Shown: positions 48,201 through 49,842 of the stretch, one piece after another | Numbering within the stretch: position 1 is the first letter of the stretch | How the letters are laid out: the number at the start of each line of letters is the position of its first letter | Assembly: GCA_002269645.1 (NCBI GenBank) | Contig: NIVC01004337.1 | Coordinates: 1-49,842, forward strand | Length of the DNA: 49,842 bases | Origin: Macrostomum lignano | Lineage: Eukaryota | Reading direction: 5' to 3' | Translations under genes and position numbers: made by a program | Notes under the pieces: generated by a model | Database searches by the model: none | Told to the model about the DNA's origin: nothing | Seen by the model: the letters and a program-made list of their open reading frames with translations, nothing else

Positions 48201-49842
48201 AAGAGAAACTGGCAGTCAGGTTTTCTTAAAAGTACTCTTTAAGAAAAAGAGTACGCACCGGTGCATCCTCTGAAACCACTCACTGAAGCATCTGGACCAC
48301 TCTGAACTTGGCACCTCTTTGACATGCTTAATGAGGGCCTCGACTGCAGCTTCCGGCGATGAATAGCGAATGCCACACATCTGCTTGATTTTCCGAAACA
48401 TAAAGAAGTCGCAGGGGACCAGGTATGCGCTGTAGGGTTGATGGCCGAGCTCGTGATGTTTTCTATAGCCAGAAATTCGTCCACTTGCCTGGACTTGTGG
48501 GTTGGGTGTTGTGATCAAGAAGCATGTCGAGCTCCTTTCTTTGGGCGACGACTGGAGAGAGTACTCAGCAATTCTGGCAGACAGCAATTGGTATACCAGT
48601 TACCAGTGACTGTGCGCTGCTGGACAACTGGCACGGTCGCTAGATGACCAACTTTCGGCACAAGAATGGCCAATATCTGCTTTGCGTTTTCGCTGCAGCT
48701 TCAATAATGGGGCGCTTCCAACTGGTGTTCACTGGGCCGACTACTGCTTAGTCTTTGGGTCGAAACTATACGAGGTAGATCTAGGGTTCGTCACCACTGA
48801 CGATTTCCCTGACCGAGTTTGAGCGGCCACCATCGAATCTGTCGAGCATGGTATGGCACCAAGCCAACCGAGCCTTCTTTTGCTCCTCCATCAGGTGAGG
48901 AGGCACCCAGCGGGCAAAAATCCTGCTCAGGTTGAGCCTTGAGTGCAGGTTAGTTCCCGATAAGATGCCCGCATCTATCTTTATGTGGGCCACAGCATCA
49001 TCCTCAGTTATCAGTTACAACTCTTCCCTTGCTGCGGAGGTGGGCCAGGCCACGACACACGTCGAAATTCGGGAAACCGCTCAAAAACTGTGTCCTGGAA
49101 GGTGCTTTATTGCCGAAAGCCGCTTGAAGTCCCTCAAAGCTCCCTGACGCCCTAGATCACTTTTTTAGTCCTAATAAATCATTGCTCTCCAGTGTTGAGC
49201 TCCATTGTGAATTCTCAGTGTTAGGGGGTATGCTAACTTTTCGTGTGCGCAGCACAGGCTTATAGAGTAAATTTATTTGAAATTGCACAAATATAATCAC
49301 AAGATAATGTACATAATACCTACTATGTAAATTGTGTACATCACCTTCCCAATTTGTGCACCCGGAAACTTATTTGAACCCCCCCCCCCCCACCCTCGTA
49401 CTGACTTGTGCCGGACACTGACAATCAACCGAATATATTTCGGTTGAATTTACGAGCGTATTCCTTTATGGAAAATGATTTAGGGACACAGCTGGTAAGC
49501 CAGATACTAGGTTTGAATTCGCGCGTTTTTTAGAAAGAAGCATTAAATGCGAGTCTCTGGACTATGTACGAACCATGTTCGAGTTAATTAAGTAGCATTG
49601 AAAGTTACAGACCTGAGAACTCTGTAGCAGCTAGGTGAAAGATGCAGAAAGATTTCCCGCAGCGAACGATAGATTCAGTGACACTATCCTTCTTTACACA
49701 GTCCATGAGGTCCTCGAACAGACGTTGAGGAAAGACCGGCCTCTTCCAGGTCGCGCAGATAGCATTTTAACACACCAGCCGCAGCATTCACATCGCGACC
49801 GTCAACAGCTCCTGCAAATGGATCCTCGCCGCGCTCGAAGGC
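45291..49842 (-). CDS. SRGAP: 3' part of an srGAP-like (SLIT-ROBO RhoGAP) gene; exons >49842-49613, 47150-46867, 46483-45291; 5' end outside the window
   Basis: AFERGEDP...AGVLKCYLR; R|FIFAFLNHLSQFADENLMDSYNLSICLAP (RhoGAP); SH3 domain AKYSFEARTSRELSFNKGD...EWLR...GLIPDAYV; C-terminal QSIDQALQEV and KRAPDLVSDL resembling srGAP tails. Splice phases 2 and 1 are consistent. The first exon has two compensating indels. Confidence 0.88.
48152..49398 (-). mobile_element. Near full-length, degenerate mariner element in an srGAP intron
   Basis: TIRs CGAGGGGGTTCAATAAGTT... and ...AACTTATTTGAACC(C)nACCCTCG followed by TA. Transposase relic from ATG 49205 with WVPPHL, IVSGDE and PYSAYLVPCDFFMF motifs, broken by frameshifts and stops. 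Confidence 0.92.

Overview
Eukaryotic (animal, invertebrate-like) genomic DNA with spliceosomal introns. The species cannot be named from the sequence; a free-living flatworm such as Macrostomum is only my impression. Six host genes can be rebuilt by hand: phosphatidylserine decarboxylase (PISD, 3 exons, +), an intronless phospholipid scramblase (-), a 9-finger C2H2 gene (+, 5' end uncertain), RPS27 (2 exons, +), a Wnt4/Wnt11-like gene (5 exons, -) and the 3' part of an srGAP-like RhoGAP-SH3 gene (-). The srGAP exon at the window edge carries two compensating 1-bp indels. The rest is dense in transposons and tandem repeats. The main accessory feature is a 5.64-kb Mutator/Foldback-like element (16278-21916) with an 8-bp TSD and TIRs built from 186-bp repeats. 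Its decayed gene encodes a MULE DDE transposase, an 18x SQ-rich heptad, a Ulp1/SUMO-type protease and a possible PHD-like finger. Nested in that gene is a 279-bp MITE carrying a 64-bp piece of 28S rDNA that spans the R2-retrotransposon/I-PpoI target site and is altered mainly at the cleavage position. Also present: a foldback with mirrored 15-bp arrays, a TSD-flanked 1.07-kb non-coding retroposon upstream of RPS27, RTE-like LINE fragments (one split by a 40-bp array), mariner and Tc1 relics, and several MITEs. No CRISPR array, tRNA gene or full rRNA gene is supported. All family assignments rest on motifs recalled from memory; no database search was run.
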